A DNA stretch of 64,000 nt from Myxococcota bacterium (GCA_965223435.1 CBDCWQ010000023.1:930607-994606); one strand, 5' to 3'. Positions 38,124 to 48,562 are shown, counted from the first letter of the stretch. The notes: generated from the letters alone by a model not told the origin. A program made the numbers and translations.

Positions 38124-38498
38124 TCAACCATGATTCACGGGCTGGTTCGACCTACTGGCAATCGATGGGGCGGGAAGTTCCCAGGTCCTAAGATTGTGCT
38201 GCCAAGATCCGGCCTCAACTTGTACCCGCTTGTTTCCTATTTCGTGGTTGTCGAGCAAGACCCGCAGGTTGTACACGCCGGGTGGAACCGGGATCATATA
38301 CTCGCCGCCGGGGAACGTATCCGCCGCAGCGACGCACTGCTGATCTGTGTATGCGAGCACTGTTGCCGGTTGGCCCAACGGTTCCCCGTGCGGGCCAATA
38401 ACGCGTCCACCAATCTCACTCGTCGTTTGTCCAAAGACGGGCGAGGAGAAAGCTTGGACGATCAAAAAACTGAGTGTCAAGATAAAGCTTTTCATCAC
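38124..38498 (-). CDS. Small secreted protein with a carboxypeptidase-regulatory-like (CarbopepD_reg) beta-sandwich domain.
   Basis: Signal peptide 'MMKSFILTLSFLIVQAFSSPVFG'. 'GRVIGPHGEPLGQPATVLAY...YNLRV'. Confidence 0.6.
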   Translation of the reverse strand: MMKSFILTLSFLIVQAFSSPVFGQTTSEIGGRVIGPHGEPLGQPATVLAYTDQQCVAAADTFPGGEYMIPVPPGVYNLRVLLDNHEIGNKRVQVEAGSWQHNLRTWELPAPSIASRSNQPVNHG

Positions 38499-38523
38499 TA
38501 CCTCCTCCTTTGGTTATTCATTC

Positions 38524-39084
38524 TTAGTCGAGCGCCGGGATATCTACATAGTGCGCTTCCCACAGGAAGTCACTTTCTGCCTGGGACACGGACTGAACAT
38601 CATCGAGAATACTTCGCACTTGTGATTTGACGCTCTGTGGGACTTCGACTCCTGCTCTTAGCACGTGAAGCACCTGGTCGACTCGCCGGAGAATTTGGCG
38701 CCTTTGATAGCGAAGCCGCTCGAGTTGGTCGGAATATTCGGGAAACTCATCCAGAAACTCACGATAGAGCGGGCCAGACTCCACACTCCGAAAGTGGCGT
38801 CTGATGTCATCTTTCAGGGAACGAAGCGCCTCACGTAGCCTGGAGCATTCATGACGTCGAGCCTCCGGGTCGTCTCTTGATTCCAACGAGCGTAAGATCT
38901 CGTTCACTCGAGACCCGCAACGTTTCCAATCCTCGCCGACCCGCAGTCCTTCGAGACGAAGATCGAGACCTCCGCCCGGTGCGAGATCCTCTGCAGGCGC
39001 AAATGTACTCAGACCCTGAATCGAGTACTCGCCATCCCCCCACATCCAATTCTCGTCCCATGCATTTGATAGCTGCTTTCGCAT
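38524..39084 (-). CDS. Hypothetical protein, possibly hemerythrin-like. Downstream of two hsp20 genes.
   Basis: H/E-containing helical motifs ('RRHFRSVESGPLYREFL', 'WEAHYVDI'). Weak call. Confidence 0.45.
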   Translation of the reverse strand: MRKQLSNAWDENWMWGDGEYSIQGLSTFAPAEDLAPGGGLDLRLEGLRVGEDWKRCGSRVNEILRSLESRDDPEARRHECSRLREALRSLKDDIRRHFRSVESGPLYREFLDEFPEYSDQLERLRYQRRQILRRVDQVLHVLRAGVEVPQSVKSQVRSILDDVQSVSQAESDFLWEAHYVDIPALD

Positions 39085-39133
39085 GATGTTTCTCTCCATT
39101 TGGATCTTTTCAAGTAGATGTTCTACTCCTTGC

Positions 39134-39538
39134 CTACCAGCTTGCTTGAATCAGGATTTGTTTCGGTTTCGCCGATTCGAGCTTGGGCATGTGGACCTCG
39201 AGGAGTCCGTTTTTCAGTTCCGCGGTGATACCGTCGATATTCACATCTCTCCCCAGCTCAAATGTCCGCCGATAGTCAATGGCTCTCGGCTCATACGTAT
39301 CAGCGGGGCGCCGGGCTTCGATCCTAAGTTGGCCATCAGCATACTGCACGTCGACATCTTCTTTGCTCACGCCAGGGATGTTGGCCAGGACAAGATAATC
39401 ATCCGGGCTCTCGAACACATCGGTCGGGGCGCTGGCCCAGCACCGTGCAGACTCCAATCTTGCCAACGCACCCTCCGAGTGCTGACCGTTCGATTTCTCC
39501 AGTGCGTTTTCTTCTTTGGTTAAGATTTCAGTACCCAT
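39134..39538 (-). CDS. Hsp20/alpha-crystallin small heat-shock protein.
   Basis: 'YLVLANIPGVSKEDVDVQYADGQLRI...NGLLEVHMPK'. Confidence 0.85.
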   Translation of the reverse strand: MGTEILTKEENALEKSNGQHSEGALARLESARCWASAPTDVFESPDDYLVLANIPGVSKEDVDVQYADGQLRIEARRPADTYEPRAIDYRRTFELGRDVNIDGITAELKNGLLEVHMPKLESAKPKQILIQASW

Positions 39539-39568
39539 TCTGGTTCCTCCTTATTGCGGTACTCCCGT

Positions 39569-40024
39569 CTACGCGGCTTTCACATCAATTTTTCGCGGTT
39601 CGGCTTCTGGCCTCTTAGGAATTTGAAGCGTCAGCACGCCATTCTTTATCTCGGCGTCGATGTGTTCGGGATCGAGATCTTTGGCCACGGAGAACGTCTT
39701 TGAGAATTTCATAGGGGGCCTTTCTGATAGGCGTTTTTCGTAGCCCTCAGGAGCCTCCATGTGCTTCTCTCCGGTTACCGTCATCTTGTTTCCGGTCACT
39801 TCAATTTGGATGTCCTTTTCCGAAAGGCCGGGAACATCGGCTTTCAGTGCAACGCCAGAATCAGTTGGATAAGATGAAAACTTCGGCCCGGGTTCGGTGT
39901 GCAGCCCCCCCCAGTTGTGCAAGGGTGCATCGAACGGTAGGAGCTCCCGCTTGAGCCAAGGGTTTGGCAATGTCCAATCGACAGAGCCAAACAAAGGGTT
40001 GTTAAAAAATCGGTGCATCATCAT
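39569..40024 (-). CDS. Hsp20/alpha-crystallin small heat-shock protein.
   Basis: 'ALKADVPGLSEKDIQIEVTGNKMTV...NGVLTLQIPK'. Confidence 0.85.
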   Translation of the reverse strand: MMMHRFFNNPLFGSVDWTLPNPWLKRELLPFDAPLHNWGGLHTEPGPKFSSYPTDSGVALKADVPGLSEKDIQIEVTGNKMTVTGEKHMEAPEGYEKRLSERPPMKFSKTFSVAKDLDPEHIDAEIKNGVLTLQIPKRPEAEPRKIDVKAA

Positions 40025-40337
40025 TTCTGTGCCTCCTTATTTTTTTCGGGTAAGAGGCGCTCGGTGCGAGCCCGAGAGTAATGGCGGGGCGGGTCGGATG
40101 TGCCCGGTCCCAAGCGGGACAGCGGCGGCACAAGTTTTACCCGACAGAGCCCGAGCACTTAGGCGCGCGAACTTCTCTTGGCGGCTCGCCGATCCGGGGA
40201 TTTCCCGATCGAGCGACCACACCGAGCGCAACTCATACTTCCTATTTGTGACCGTAGAAACGGTTTTTGGGGCGTCAAGCGGGGCCACGTTTTTTTTCAG
40301 CACCGGATGTGGGTGCTCAGACCACCTAGGAATCGCC

Positions 40338-40903
40338 TCATGCCATTCTTCGCAATGGCTCTGGACCCTGGGGTGCCGGCTCACGTACTTCCGCGTACAC
40401 TCCCATGAGAAGGTTCGAAGCGATAATTGATGCGTGGATGTATGCCTCAAACGACCGTAGGGTTCGCCCAGTGCATCGATACAGACCAAAGACTCTTTTG
40501 AGAAATGAGATGGTGCCTTCTATGCCTGCGCGAAAATGCCGAAGTGCCCTGTAGACTTTCGGGCTACTCACGAGGTCCGACAAGCTGAGGTCACAGAGCT
40601 TACTTGAAAGCAACATCTCGGATGTCCAGCGATTTCATTTGATGATGATGTCTGTGTGCGGTTCAAGAACGGACACAATCTTTCCTTGTTCGGTACTGTC
40701 TCGCCTTTGAGTACTCGACGACGAGCTTGCTGGATAACACGCTCTGTGGGGGTTCCGTACCGTCGCAGCTTTTCCATGAGGGTGAACGTTGATTTGTCTG
40801 GTTTGTCCAGACCCTCTGGGCGCCCCCAAGCCTGGGCTGCAGATTGTGCTGTTTTCTCAGTGATTGCGATCAAGTCTGGGTATGGGAGGATGCGGTTCTC
40901 CAT
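40338..40903 (-). mobile_element. C-terminal fragment of an IS4/IS5-superfamily (IS1182/IS5-like) transposase gene, with multiple frameshifts.
   Basis: 'IVSVLEPHTDIIIK' and 'GIEGTISFLKRVFGLYRCTGRTLRSFEAYIHASIIASNLL' lie in different frames. Confidence 0.65.
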
Positions 40904-41078
40904 TCCCTTCGCATTCTGGATCTTGATGAACGCCGTTTTCCGCGACGATTATGGTTGGTAAACTGAACATTGACAATTGTCTTTGCTTGCTCGAGTAGCC
41001 GAGTAAGAACGCGAACGCAGCAGGAGTCAGCATAGGAGATGGTCATGGCAAAGCCCCATCCTGACATTCGGAGAAAAA

Positions 41079-41440
41079 ATGCGTGTCTTCGAGCATGCCA
41101 GCCGTGATAACGTGTCGAAATCATGCCGGTATTTTGGCATATCCCGCGAGACATTCTATTGCTGGAGACGTCTTTTCCGAGAAAAGGGGCCGCAGGGACT
41201 CATTAACAGCAAGCCCTGCCCTCAGAACCCCGCGCTCCGACTGCCTGCGGAGGTCGAAAAAAGTACTCCATGTCCGAAAGACCTATCACCTCGGGCCGCG
41301 CAGAATCGTTTGGTATCTGAGCCGATACCATGGGGTCAAAATCTCAGAGCGTGCGCCGGAACCGCAATCTCCCAATCTCACACCGAGGCAACCTGTATTG
41401 ACTCAAGAGTGCACTGCCCTATACTGGCTACAAGATTGAA
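41079..41440 (+). mobile_element. N-terminal fragment of an IS481-family transposase/integrase gene, frameshifted and truncated.
   Basis: 'GISRETFYCWRRLFREKGPQGL' HTH, then 'LHVRKTYHLGPRRIVWYLSRYHGVKIS' in another frame. Confidence 0.55.
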
Positions 41441-41471
41441 ATCATATAGCCTTTCGGTTTCGGGGCGGGCT

Positions 41472-42965
41472 CTAGTTTAGTACCAAGAATAGAGAGTGAC
41501 CCTGTCGATGAACGCGCAGGAGCACCGATTCCTTCACTTGCTTGTAAAGTTTTCGAAAATCCTCCATCGACCCGACCTTCTTTCGGTTGACCTCCAAGAC
41601 GACGTCGCCTGGCTTTAGACCGGCCCGCGCTGCACGACTACCTTGGGCCACGTTGCTGACAACGACACCCTTTCGGATCCGGCCAGAAATCTCGAAACGT
41701 TGGCGTAATGCCTCGGTCAACGTTGCGATTGACGCGCCTCCGAGGGGGCCCTTGTCCTTGTCGATGGTCGTGCCTTCATCTGGGTCTCTTGTCTTTTCTT
41801 CTAGCTTTACAGTATATTTTTCGACCTCCCCGTCGCGGAGAACCTCAAGTATGGCCTCGTTGTTGGCACCAACGCTCGCGATAATGTTTCGGAGTCTTGA
41901 GGAGCTGTTCACCTTCTCTTGGTTCACGCCCAAAATCACATCTTGGGCCCGAATCCCGGCTTTTTCCGCAGGACCATCCTTAACTACGTCGGACACGAGC
42001 ACCCCCTGGGCTTCTTTGATCTTGAGGGCTTTGGCCAGTTGAGGAGTTAGATCTTGAATCATGACTCCGAGGAAGCCGCGCACCACCTTCCCGCTCTTTA
42101 CAAGGCTGCCCATGATCGACCTGACCATGTTGGAGGGGATCGCAAAGCCGATGCCTTGGTAGCCTCCACTTCGACTCAGGATCGCAGTATTGATTCCGAC
42201 AAGCTCACCCTTCAGGTTTAAGAGCGCACCCCCAGAGTTTCCCGGGTTGATGGCGGCGTCAGTCTGGATGAAATCCTCGTAGTCGACAATGCCCACATTG
42301 GCTCGACCCTTGGCCGAGACGATGCCCATCGTGACCGTTTGTCCCACGCCGAATGGGTTTCCGATGGCGACCACCACCTCACCGAGTCGAAGGTCATCGG
42401 AGTTTCCAAAGGGGATGGTCTTCAGATCATCGGGCGCATCTTTGAGACGAAGAACAGCCACATCGCTGGGCGGGTCCGTGCCCACAACCTCGGCTTTAAA
42501 CTCTCGTTTGTCAGACAGCGTGACTTGAATCTCTTCTGCCTTGGCCACCACGTGGTTGTTGGTCAGGATGATGCCATCATCTCCAACAATAACCCCGGAT
42601 CCCAGACTTCGCTCAAGCCGCTCCCGTGGCTGGCCCTTGAACTGGAATCCCCTAAAGTCTTCAAAAAAGCGTTTCAAGAAGGGATCATTGAAGAAAGGAG
42701 ATCCAAACGGTGTGTTTTGGGTTCGCACCGTCTTGGTGGATGAGATGTTGACGACGCTGGGGATCGCACGCTCGGAAACGTCCGCAATGGAAGCTGGGTC
42801 TTGCGCCAAAAAGCCCGGAGAAGGGTCTGGAGCCGCGGCCCTCGTATCCGACTTGTCGTGGTCCTTGTCGCACGGGCAGTTGTTTCCACCCGCGGAAGCA
42901 CAGGTAACGGATGAAATCACAGCCATCAGCAATAGACCGTTCAGAACTGTTTTCCGGTATTTCAC
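41472..42965 (-). CDS. degP: DegP/DegQ (HtrA-family) periplasmic serine protease with two PDZ domains.
   Basis: 'GNSGGALLNLKGELVGINTAI' catalytic-Ser region. Signal peptide. Two PDZ-length C-terminal modules. Confidence 0.9.
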   Translation of the reverse strand: MKYRKTVLNGLLLMAVISSVTCASAGGNNCPCDKDHDKSDTRAAAPDPSPGFLAQDPASIADVSERAIPSVVNISSTKTVRTQNTPFGSPFFNDPFLKRFFEDFRGFQFKGQPRERLERSLGSGVIVGDDGIILTNNHVVAKAEEIQVTLSDKREFKAEVVGTDPPSDVAVLRLKDAPDDLKTIPFGNSDDLRLGEVVVAIGNPFGVGQTVTMGIVSAKGRANVGIVDYEDFIQTDAAINPGNSGGALLNLKGELVGINTAILSRSGGYQGIGFAIPSNMVRSIMGSLVKSGKVVRGFLGVMIQDLTPQLAKALKIKEAQGVLVSDVVKDGPAEKAGIRAQDVILGVNQEKVNSSSRLRNIIASVGANNEAILEVLRDGEVEKYTVKLEEKTRDPDEGTTIDKDKGPLGGASIATLTEALRQRFEISGRIRKGVVVSNVAQGSRAARAGLKPGDVVLEVNRKKVGSMEDFRKLYKQVKESVLLRVHRQGHSLFLVLN

Positions 42966-43022
42966 TTTGGTTATCTCCTCACATCAAGTTTCAATATGTC
43001 GGGCAGCGGTGTGTGGCCTTTG

Positions 43023-43568
43023 TCAGGTAGCCTCACCCGTTTCTCCTTCGGATTCGCTTCGTTGGTCGTTGTGTTTTGAGTCGGCGTCAGATGTCGTCGG
43101 TTTGAGTCGAGGTTCGAGCTCACTCCGAGGGCGAACCCACGCATACGTCTCATCGTCCTGTGCTGTCGATGGTACGCCATCGAATGGTTCCCTTATCGGT
43201 CTCGTGCCTGAGGGTGCCAGTTCAATGCGAGGTCCTCGTAGGATTGCCACAGATGGCATGACTTCGAACCATGGCGCTAAAAAGCGCTCCTGCCAGTGCA
43301 GAGGCCTCTGGTCCTTCTCTTGAGCCGGGATGACTTGCATGTTTACCAGCAGATCTTTCAGTTGCCGCGAAGCCCGACAGAGCTTCGGCAAAAGGTGCGG
43401 TCGGCTGGGTACACACTCTGCGTGGGTGACAACGTTCGACTGCATCTGGCTCATGCTGGATGGGAGTAGTCGCAAAGGATGCGCAATCGCTGTTGGGGCC
43501 ATTCCAAGAAAAACGCCAAGGGCGGCCACTGAGGCCACCACAATGCTTTGAGTATTAATTCGACCCAT
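43023..43568 (-). CDS. Hypothetical secreted protein, co-transcribed upstream of degP.
   Basis: Signal peptide 'MGRINTQSIVVASVAALGVFLGMAPTAIA'. An AAGGAGG Shine-Dalgarno 8 nt upstream of the chosen ATG. Confidence 0.5.
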   Translation of the reverse strand: MGRINTQSIVVASVAALGVFLGMAPTAIAHPLRLLPSSMSQMQSNVVTHAECVPSRPHLLPKLCRASRQLKDLLVNMQVIPAQEKDQRPLHWQERFLAPWFEVMPSVAILRGPRIELAPSGTRPIREPFDGVPSTAQDDETYAWVRPRSELEPRLKPTTSDADSKHNDQRSESEGETGEAT

Positions 43569-43669
43569 GGTGCTCGTCCTCCTTTCTCTCGGGGTCGGCG
43601 CGTTGCGCGTATGGGCCTCGCCTTGTGCGTCGCCCATACGCGCAACGCGTGTGTCTTTGCCTGTGTGTC

Positions 43670-44218
43670 TTACTGGCTGCTTCGGATAGGGACCTTTTTG
43701 GCAGCCCGAGCCGTCGCTGTCTTAGGCAATCGGATACTGAGCACACCCTTTTTAAAGGTGGCTTCCGCCCGCTCAGTGTCGACCTCGACCGGCAATGGGA
43801 TGGTCCTCTCAAACGAACCGTAGGATCTCTCCGTTCGGTAGTACCCGTCTTCTTCAGAGGTCTCCTCGACCTTCTTTTCTCCACATATCGAAAGCGAATC
43901 ATCGTGGACAGTCAGATGAATATCCTTCTCCTCCATGCCGGGGAGCTCAGCCGTGACACGCAGGTGCTTTTTCTCATCCGCGATGTCGATAGTGGGCGCA
44001 AAGGAAGCGGGGCTAAAGTCTCCATACCAGCTACCAAAGTCACTGAGGCTGCGGGTCCAGTTGTTTCCAAAGGGATCTGCGAAGAACAGATCGAACATTC
44101 GGTCCATCTCGCTCCTCATTTGAACGAGCGGATGCTGCCCCGAACTCGTGGTGGTCGGTTTGGACACCGTGCCTTTGCGGTCTCGTTTGAAGGGAATCAG
44201 GTTTTTGAGGCTCTTCAT
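43670..44218 (-). CDS. Hsp20/alpha-crystallin small heat-shock protein.
   Basis: 'LRVTAELPGMEEKDIHLTVHDDSLSICGEK...GVLSIRLPK'. Confidence 0.8.
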   Translation of the reverse strand: MKSLKNLIPFKRDRKGTVSKPTTTSSGQHPLVQMRSEMDRMFDLFFADPFGNNWTRSLSDFGSWYGDFSPASFAPTIDIADEKKHLRVTAELPGMEEKDIHLTVHDDSLSICGEKKVEETSEEDGYYRTERSYGSFERTIPLPVEVDTERAEATFKKGVLSIRLPKTATARAAKKVPIRSSQ

Positions 44219-44382
44219 GTCTATACTCCTTTAGCGGCGAGGCGGTAGCCGAAGGGTACTGCGTGCATGAGGCGTACGTGCAGCACCACCAAGCGCATGG
44301 CCCGGGCTCGCCGACGTCAATCTCTGTTTGCTAACCAACCTAATCACGGAACCAGGACGGTCAAGCACAAGGAAAAAAATCG

Positions 44383-44511
44383 TTAAGCCGCCTGCGTTGC
44401 TTTGACGCTGTCGGACGCTTTGTTGTGCACAAAAAGTACCGCCAGGATGGCCGTAAGGGCCAGGAGCCAGTAAAGCGGAGCTGGGCCCCAAAGTTTTTGA
44501 GGTGTGCGCAT
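44383..44511 (-). CDS. Unlisted 42-aa single-TM small protein 'MRTPQKLWGPAPLYWLLALTAILAVLFVHNKASDSVKATQAA'.
   Basis: A GGAGG Shine-Dalgarno lies 7 nt upstream of the ATG. Hydrophobic core helix. Sits upstream of the hsp20, hypothetical and degP genes. Confidence 0.4.
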   Translation of the reverse strand: MRTPQKLWGPAPLYWLLALTAILAVLFVHNKASDSVKATQAA

Positions 44512-44878
44512 GGTGTGTCCTCCCTTCTCGCGCGGGTTTCATGTGGGACATAGCCACAAAAAAAAGACGGTCAAGGATCACCACCACTTGACGGTATTGC
44601 CACGGCGACTATCACGAAAATAGGCACAGATTGGGTCTAGGGAGGGCCCCCAGGCTCAAGGGATGTCACCCAATCAGCGGGGTGCGCGGGTTGGTGCTCG
44701 GGCCACCGGCATAGAGCGCAAACCGGGCACCCTCGTGGTCGTCCTCAGTAACATCGAGATGGGCGCAGGAGGGGTGACCGACGACCGACCCGCCACGGAT
44801 TTTATCGCGCGCCGACTGGTCGACTACCGGGTCGCTCGACCTCCGCCCACGTGTGGGGCACCGGTCGAGCTTGAACCC

Positions 44879-46090
44879 TCAGTCTATCACGACGAGGCCT
44901 AGGGGAACCGATCGGCGCCTACCATTGCGGACAACCGTTACGTGAGCTCGGGTCCCTGGTTCTCGCCCGTCCAAGGCGTTGTATAGGTCGTCGTAGTTGA
45001 CAATTTCCTTGGCATCAATGCGGACAATGACGTCACCCACGAACGTTCCACGTCGTGTCCGTTTCAGTCCGCGAAGTCCAGCTTTGTGAGCAGGGCCACC
45101 ACGGACGACGGAACCAATAATAACACCCCGAATACCCGCTCGCCTGGCAAGTGCATCCGAAATGATCTCGATTCCAAACCCTACGCGTCTCGGCTTTCCG
45201 TAGGTGATGATCTGAGGAACGACACGGCGCAACGTTTGTGCGGGTACAGCGAATCCAATACCCGCCGACTGGCCAACCTTTGTGAAGATCATAGTATTCA
45301 TGCCAATGAGCCGGCCCCGCCGATCCAAAAGCGGACCACCTGAGTTTCCTGGGTTGATGGAGGCGTCCGTCTGGATCATGTTGGGGATGGTTACGCCCCC
45401 ATAGCCTCTTACTTCTCGATCCAGGGCGCTCACAACGCCTACCGTGAGTGTGTGGTCCAGACCAAACGGGTTACCGATCGCGATCGCAGTTTGGCCAACC
45501 GCGAGCTTCACCTTCTGGGGAGCCAAGACGATCGGGACCAATGGATTTGTCGCCTTCCCTGGCTTGATCTTGAGCACTGCAATGTCCTTGTTGGGATCGC
45601 CACCGACGAATCGTGCTGGGTAGTCCGACCCATCGACCAACGTAACGACCAAAGACGTGCCCGAAGCAATCACGTGAAAGTTGGTCACGATATGGCCCTT
45701 TTTGTCCCAGACAAAGCCAGACCCAGTCCCTGCCTCCACCTCAGATTGCGCCATGGTCCAGAAATCTCGGACCAGCTTCTTCTGGGTAACGAAAACGGTT
45801 GCGGGCGCCATACTTTGAAAGACCCGGATATTGTTTGACTCGTAGTCTTCCGCCGACAACCGGGCCGCCGGTGTCAAGCTCCCGGGAACTTCGGCAACGG
45901 CAAGACGGGGCATTATTCCCACCCACAACGTCCAGACTCCTATAGCTGTTTGGAAGCTTCTCTCGCACACAGTCGCTCGACTTAAACCAGCCGAAAGCGT
46001 TTTGAAAGCTGAAAGCAGTCTCTGTCCTGCTTCTGTCCTACGAACGTGCGACAGGCGCTGTTGTAGCCCTCGTCTGGTCTGGGGACACAA
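44879..46090 (-). CDS. HtrA-family serine protease with one PDZ domain (DegS/HhoB-like).
   Basis: 'GNSGGPLLDRRGRLIGMNTMIF' and a single PDZ. Confidence 0.8.
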   Translation of the reverse strand: MCPQTRRGLQQRLSHVRRTEAGQRLLSAFKTLSAGLSRATVCERSFQTAIGVWTLWVGIMPRLAVAEVPGSLTPAARLSAEDYESNNIRVFQSMAPATVFVTQKKLVRDFWTMAQSEVEAGTGSGFVWDKKGHIVTNFHVIASGTSLVVTLVDGSDYPARFVGGDPNKDIAVLKIKPGKATNPLVPIVLAPQKVKLAVGQTAIAIGNPFGLDHTLTVGVVSALDREVRGYGGVTIPNMIQTDASINPGNSGGPLLDRRGRLIGMNTMIFTKVGQSAGIGFAVPAQTLRRVVPQIITYGKPRRVGFGIEIISDALARRAGIRGVIIGSVVRGGPAHKAGLRGLKRTRRGTFVGDVIVRIDAKEIVNYDDLYNALDGREPGTRAHVTVVRNGRRRSVPLGLVVID

Positions 46091-46239
46091 CGAGAATCAC
46101 CCCACAAGGGAATGAAGACGCAGTCGCCGGGAGCATCGCGCAGCGAATTCCGGGTAAATCTCGGTGTTCGGTTGACGGGGCAGCCCCAGTAGACTTTGGT
46201 ACCAGACGTAATGGTCGTCTGTGCAGACAGGGGCGTGAA

Positions 46240-46938
46240 ATGTTGAACATTCGAAAAAGCAACGAGCGAGGGGTGGGTGAGCATGGTTGGCTGAGCTCGC
46301 GACACACCTTTTCATTCGCGGACTACTACGACCCACAGTTCAACGGCTACCGAGATCTTCGGGTCATCAACGAAGACCGAGTGGCCCCGGGGCAAGGGTT
46401 TGGAACTCACGGTCACCGTGACATGGAGATCTTGTCCTATGTCTTGTCCGGGGCTCTTGAGCACACAGACAGCATGGGAAACGGCTCAGTCATCGTCCCA
46501 GGTGACGTACAGCGGATGTCGGCTGGAACCGGGGTGCGCCACAGTGAATACAACCACAGCAAGATTGACCCCGTTCACTTTCTGCAGATTTGGATTCAAC
46601 CCAACGAGCGCAACCTGCCCCCGAGTTACGAGCAGAAAAGTTTCTCGGACGAAGACAAACACGGACGGTTCTGCCTGATCGCCTCAAGAGATGGTCGCGA
46701 TGGATCGGTAACCCTCCATCAAGACGTCAATGTCTCGGCGGCGGTGCTCGACGCGAACGGTTCTGTTTCCTATGACAGACCGAAAGGACGCTACCTATGG
46801 TTGCAAATCCTTAAGGGAAAAGTCGACGTCAATGGCCATGCGCTTTCGAGCGGCGACGGACTCTCAACGAACGACGTTGAGGTTATCTGGGTCCGCGGTC
46901 TCGAGCGTGCCGAAGCGTTGCTCTTCGACCTGGACTGA
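46240..46938 (+). CDS. Pirin-family cupin protein (YhhW-like).
   Basis: 'HTFSFADYYDP', 'HGHRDMEILSYVLSGALEHTDSMGN'. Confidence 0.85.
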   Translation: MLNIRKSNERGVGEHGWLSSRHTFSFADYYDPQFNGYRDLRVINEDRVAPGQGFGTHGHRDMEILSYVLSGALEHTDSMGNGSVIVPGDVQRMSAGTGVRHSEYNHSKIDPVHFLQIWIQPNERNLPPSYEQKSFSDEDKHGRFCLIASRDGRDGSVTLHQDVNVSAAVLDANGSVSYDRPKGRYLWLQILKGKVDVNGHALSSGDGLSTNDVEVIWVRGLERAEALLFDLD

Positions 46939-47039
46939 GCGTGCCTCCCGTGCGTCCGGGTTGGTCACCCGTTTCGCGGTTTGGTGGGTATCAAGGACCA
47001 ACGTACCGCGGTGCGGCTCGAGTGGCGTGTGACGCAAGA

Positions 47040-47794
47040 GGTGTGACTCGACGCCGGCGGTCGAGACTATCATCGAGGGCCGCGCCCGCGACATCGACGG
47101 TTTCAATGTCAGACGCGTTCTGCCTTCTAGCGCACGTCGTCTCGTTGGCCCGTTCATCTTCTTCGATCATATGGGGCCGGCGGCGCTCCCCCCTGAACGG
47201 GGCATGGAGGTGCGTCCACATGCGCATATCAACCTTGCGACCGTGACTTATCTGTTTGAGGGGAAACCGTGCACCGTGACAGCGTCGGCTCTCACCAGCC
47301 CACACGTCCGGGTGCGAACAATTGGATGACGGCCGGCCGAGGCATCGTGCATTCGGAGCGGACGAGTGTGGAGGAGCGCGCGCGGGCGCCTCATTTACAC
47401 GGTATTCAGCTGTGGGTGGGCCTTGCCCAAAGAGCACGAGGAGACCGAGCCGGAGTTCCATCATCATCCCGCCGAGACGTTGCCCGATCTCGAGCGTGGC
47501 GGTGTTCACCTGCGTGTTCTCGCGGGCTCCGCCTTAGGAATGACCTCGCCGGTGCGTACGTTCTCGCCGCTCTTCTATTTGGAAGCGGTGATGTCTACGG
47601 GCTCGAAGGTGGATATGCCGACCGAACAGGACGACCGTGCGGCGTACGTTGTGTCGGGACGTGCCCACATCGGCCCTGAGGTTGCGGACGCGGGGCGCAT
47701 GTTGGTGTTTTGTGCTGACCGGCCAGCCTCGATCGAGGCTGTGACCGACCATCTATTCAAGAAAATTGCCGTTGCAGGTCATTGCGTCGCTTAG
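47040..47794 (+). pseudogene. Second pirin-family gene, interrupted by at least two frameshifts.
   Basis: '[18 protein letters not shown]', '[19 protein letters not shown]' and the C-terminal cupin lie in three different frames. Confidence 0.55.
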
Positions 47795-48329
47795 GTGGCA
47801 AATGACTCCCAGGAACCATAGCTGCGTGGCCATAGAGGCCGAGTCCTCTCACCGGGTATCGAAGATGATTGTTTGGTGCCGGCGGTGGCGTATAGGGCGC
47901 GCTGATGCCGAGGCCTGTCATACGAAAGGTCTTACGGTTCCGCTTTGCTTTAATCGATTCTCGCCCCTCCAACTGTGCGGCGCGAAGGGTTGTGTCCGCT
48001 CCGGCGCAAGGGTCGCAACCTAGATCGTCTGCGCGGCTATTGTTCGAATGCCCTGCGCCATCCTGGTACCAGGATGTCATCCGTGATGCTCGCCATCCAT
48101 CCGCGGCAGCTTCCTCAGGTTAGTCGCCCGGTCGTATGATATTCCAAGCTTCAGGTACGTGTGCCCGCGTACAGTGACGCGTCTCCGGACTTTGTCGTGG
48201 AGCTCAAGACGTATGCTCCGCCAAAGTAGCCCCGGGTGGCCGTGCAGGCCGCGCCGCCGTTTGGCGTTTTGGCTCGAAACCACAACGACCATGGCATGAC
48301 CGGGCGTTACCTCGAAGGAAAGCAGGGGA

Positions 48330-48562
48330 CAGGTATATGTCTTCTGAGAATCTCTTGCCTTACGCATTGCTGCTTTGTCGAAGTAGTTGGCCACCGCGAC
48401 CTCCGCTCCCGGCAGTTTAGGCACTCGATTTGGATCCCGAACGATCAGCCGGGTGGGAATATTCAGGTTAGCGAGCTTGCGGGCGACGCTTCCGCCCAGG
48501 TTTCCGGTGGCGCCGGTGATTGCGATGGGTACTTTGATCGTGAGGTCTCCCTTAGAAAACAA
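48330..48562 (-). pseudogene. NmrA/SDR-like NAD(P)-binding protein, N-terminal fragment only.
   Basis: 'IAITGATGNLGGSVARKLANLNIPTRLIVRDP' then loss of similarity. Confidence 0.45.

Noticed and set aside
40025-40120. Possible sigma-32 heat-shock promoter upstream of the hsp20 pair (cttggga...ccccgccatta)
   Set aside because: Only 4-5 of 7 matches in each element with awkward spacing. Not strong enough to call.
40396-40420. tRNA T-loop-like GGTTCGAAGCG
   Set aside because: No acceptor or anticodon stem structure around it. It lies inside IS transposase debris.
40037-40489. 150-aa minus ORF between hsp20 and the IS fragment
   Set aside because: No domain, Arg/Ser/His-rich, and it spans the hsp20 promoter region and the IS remnant.
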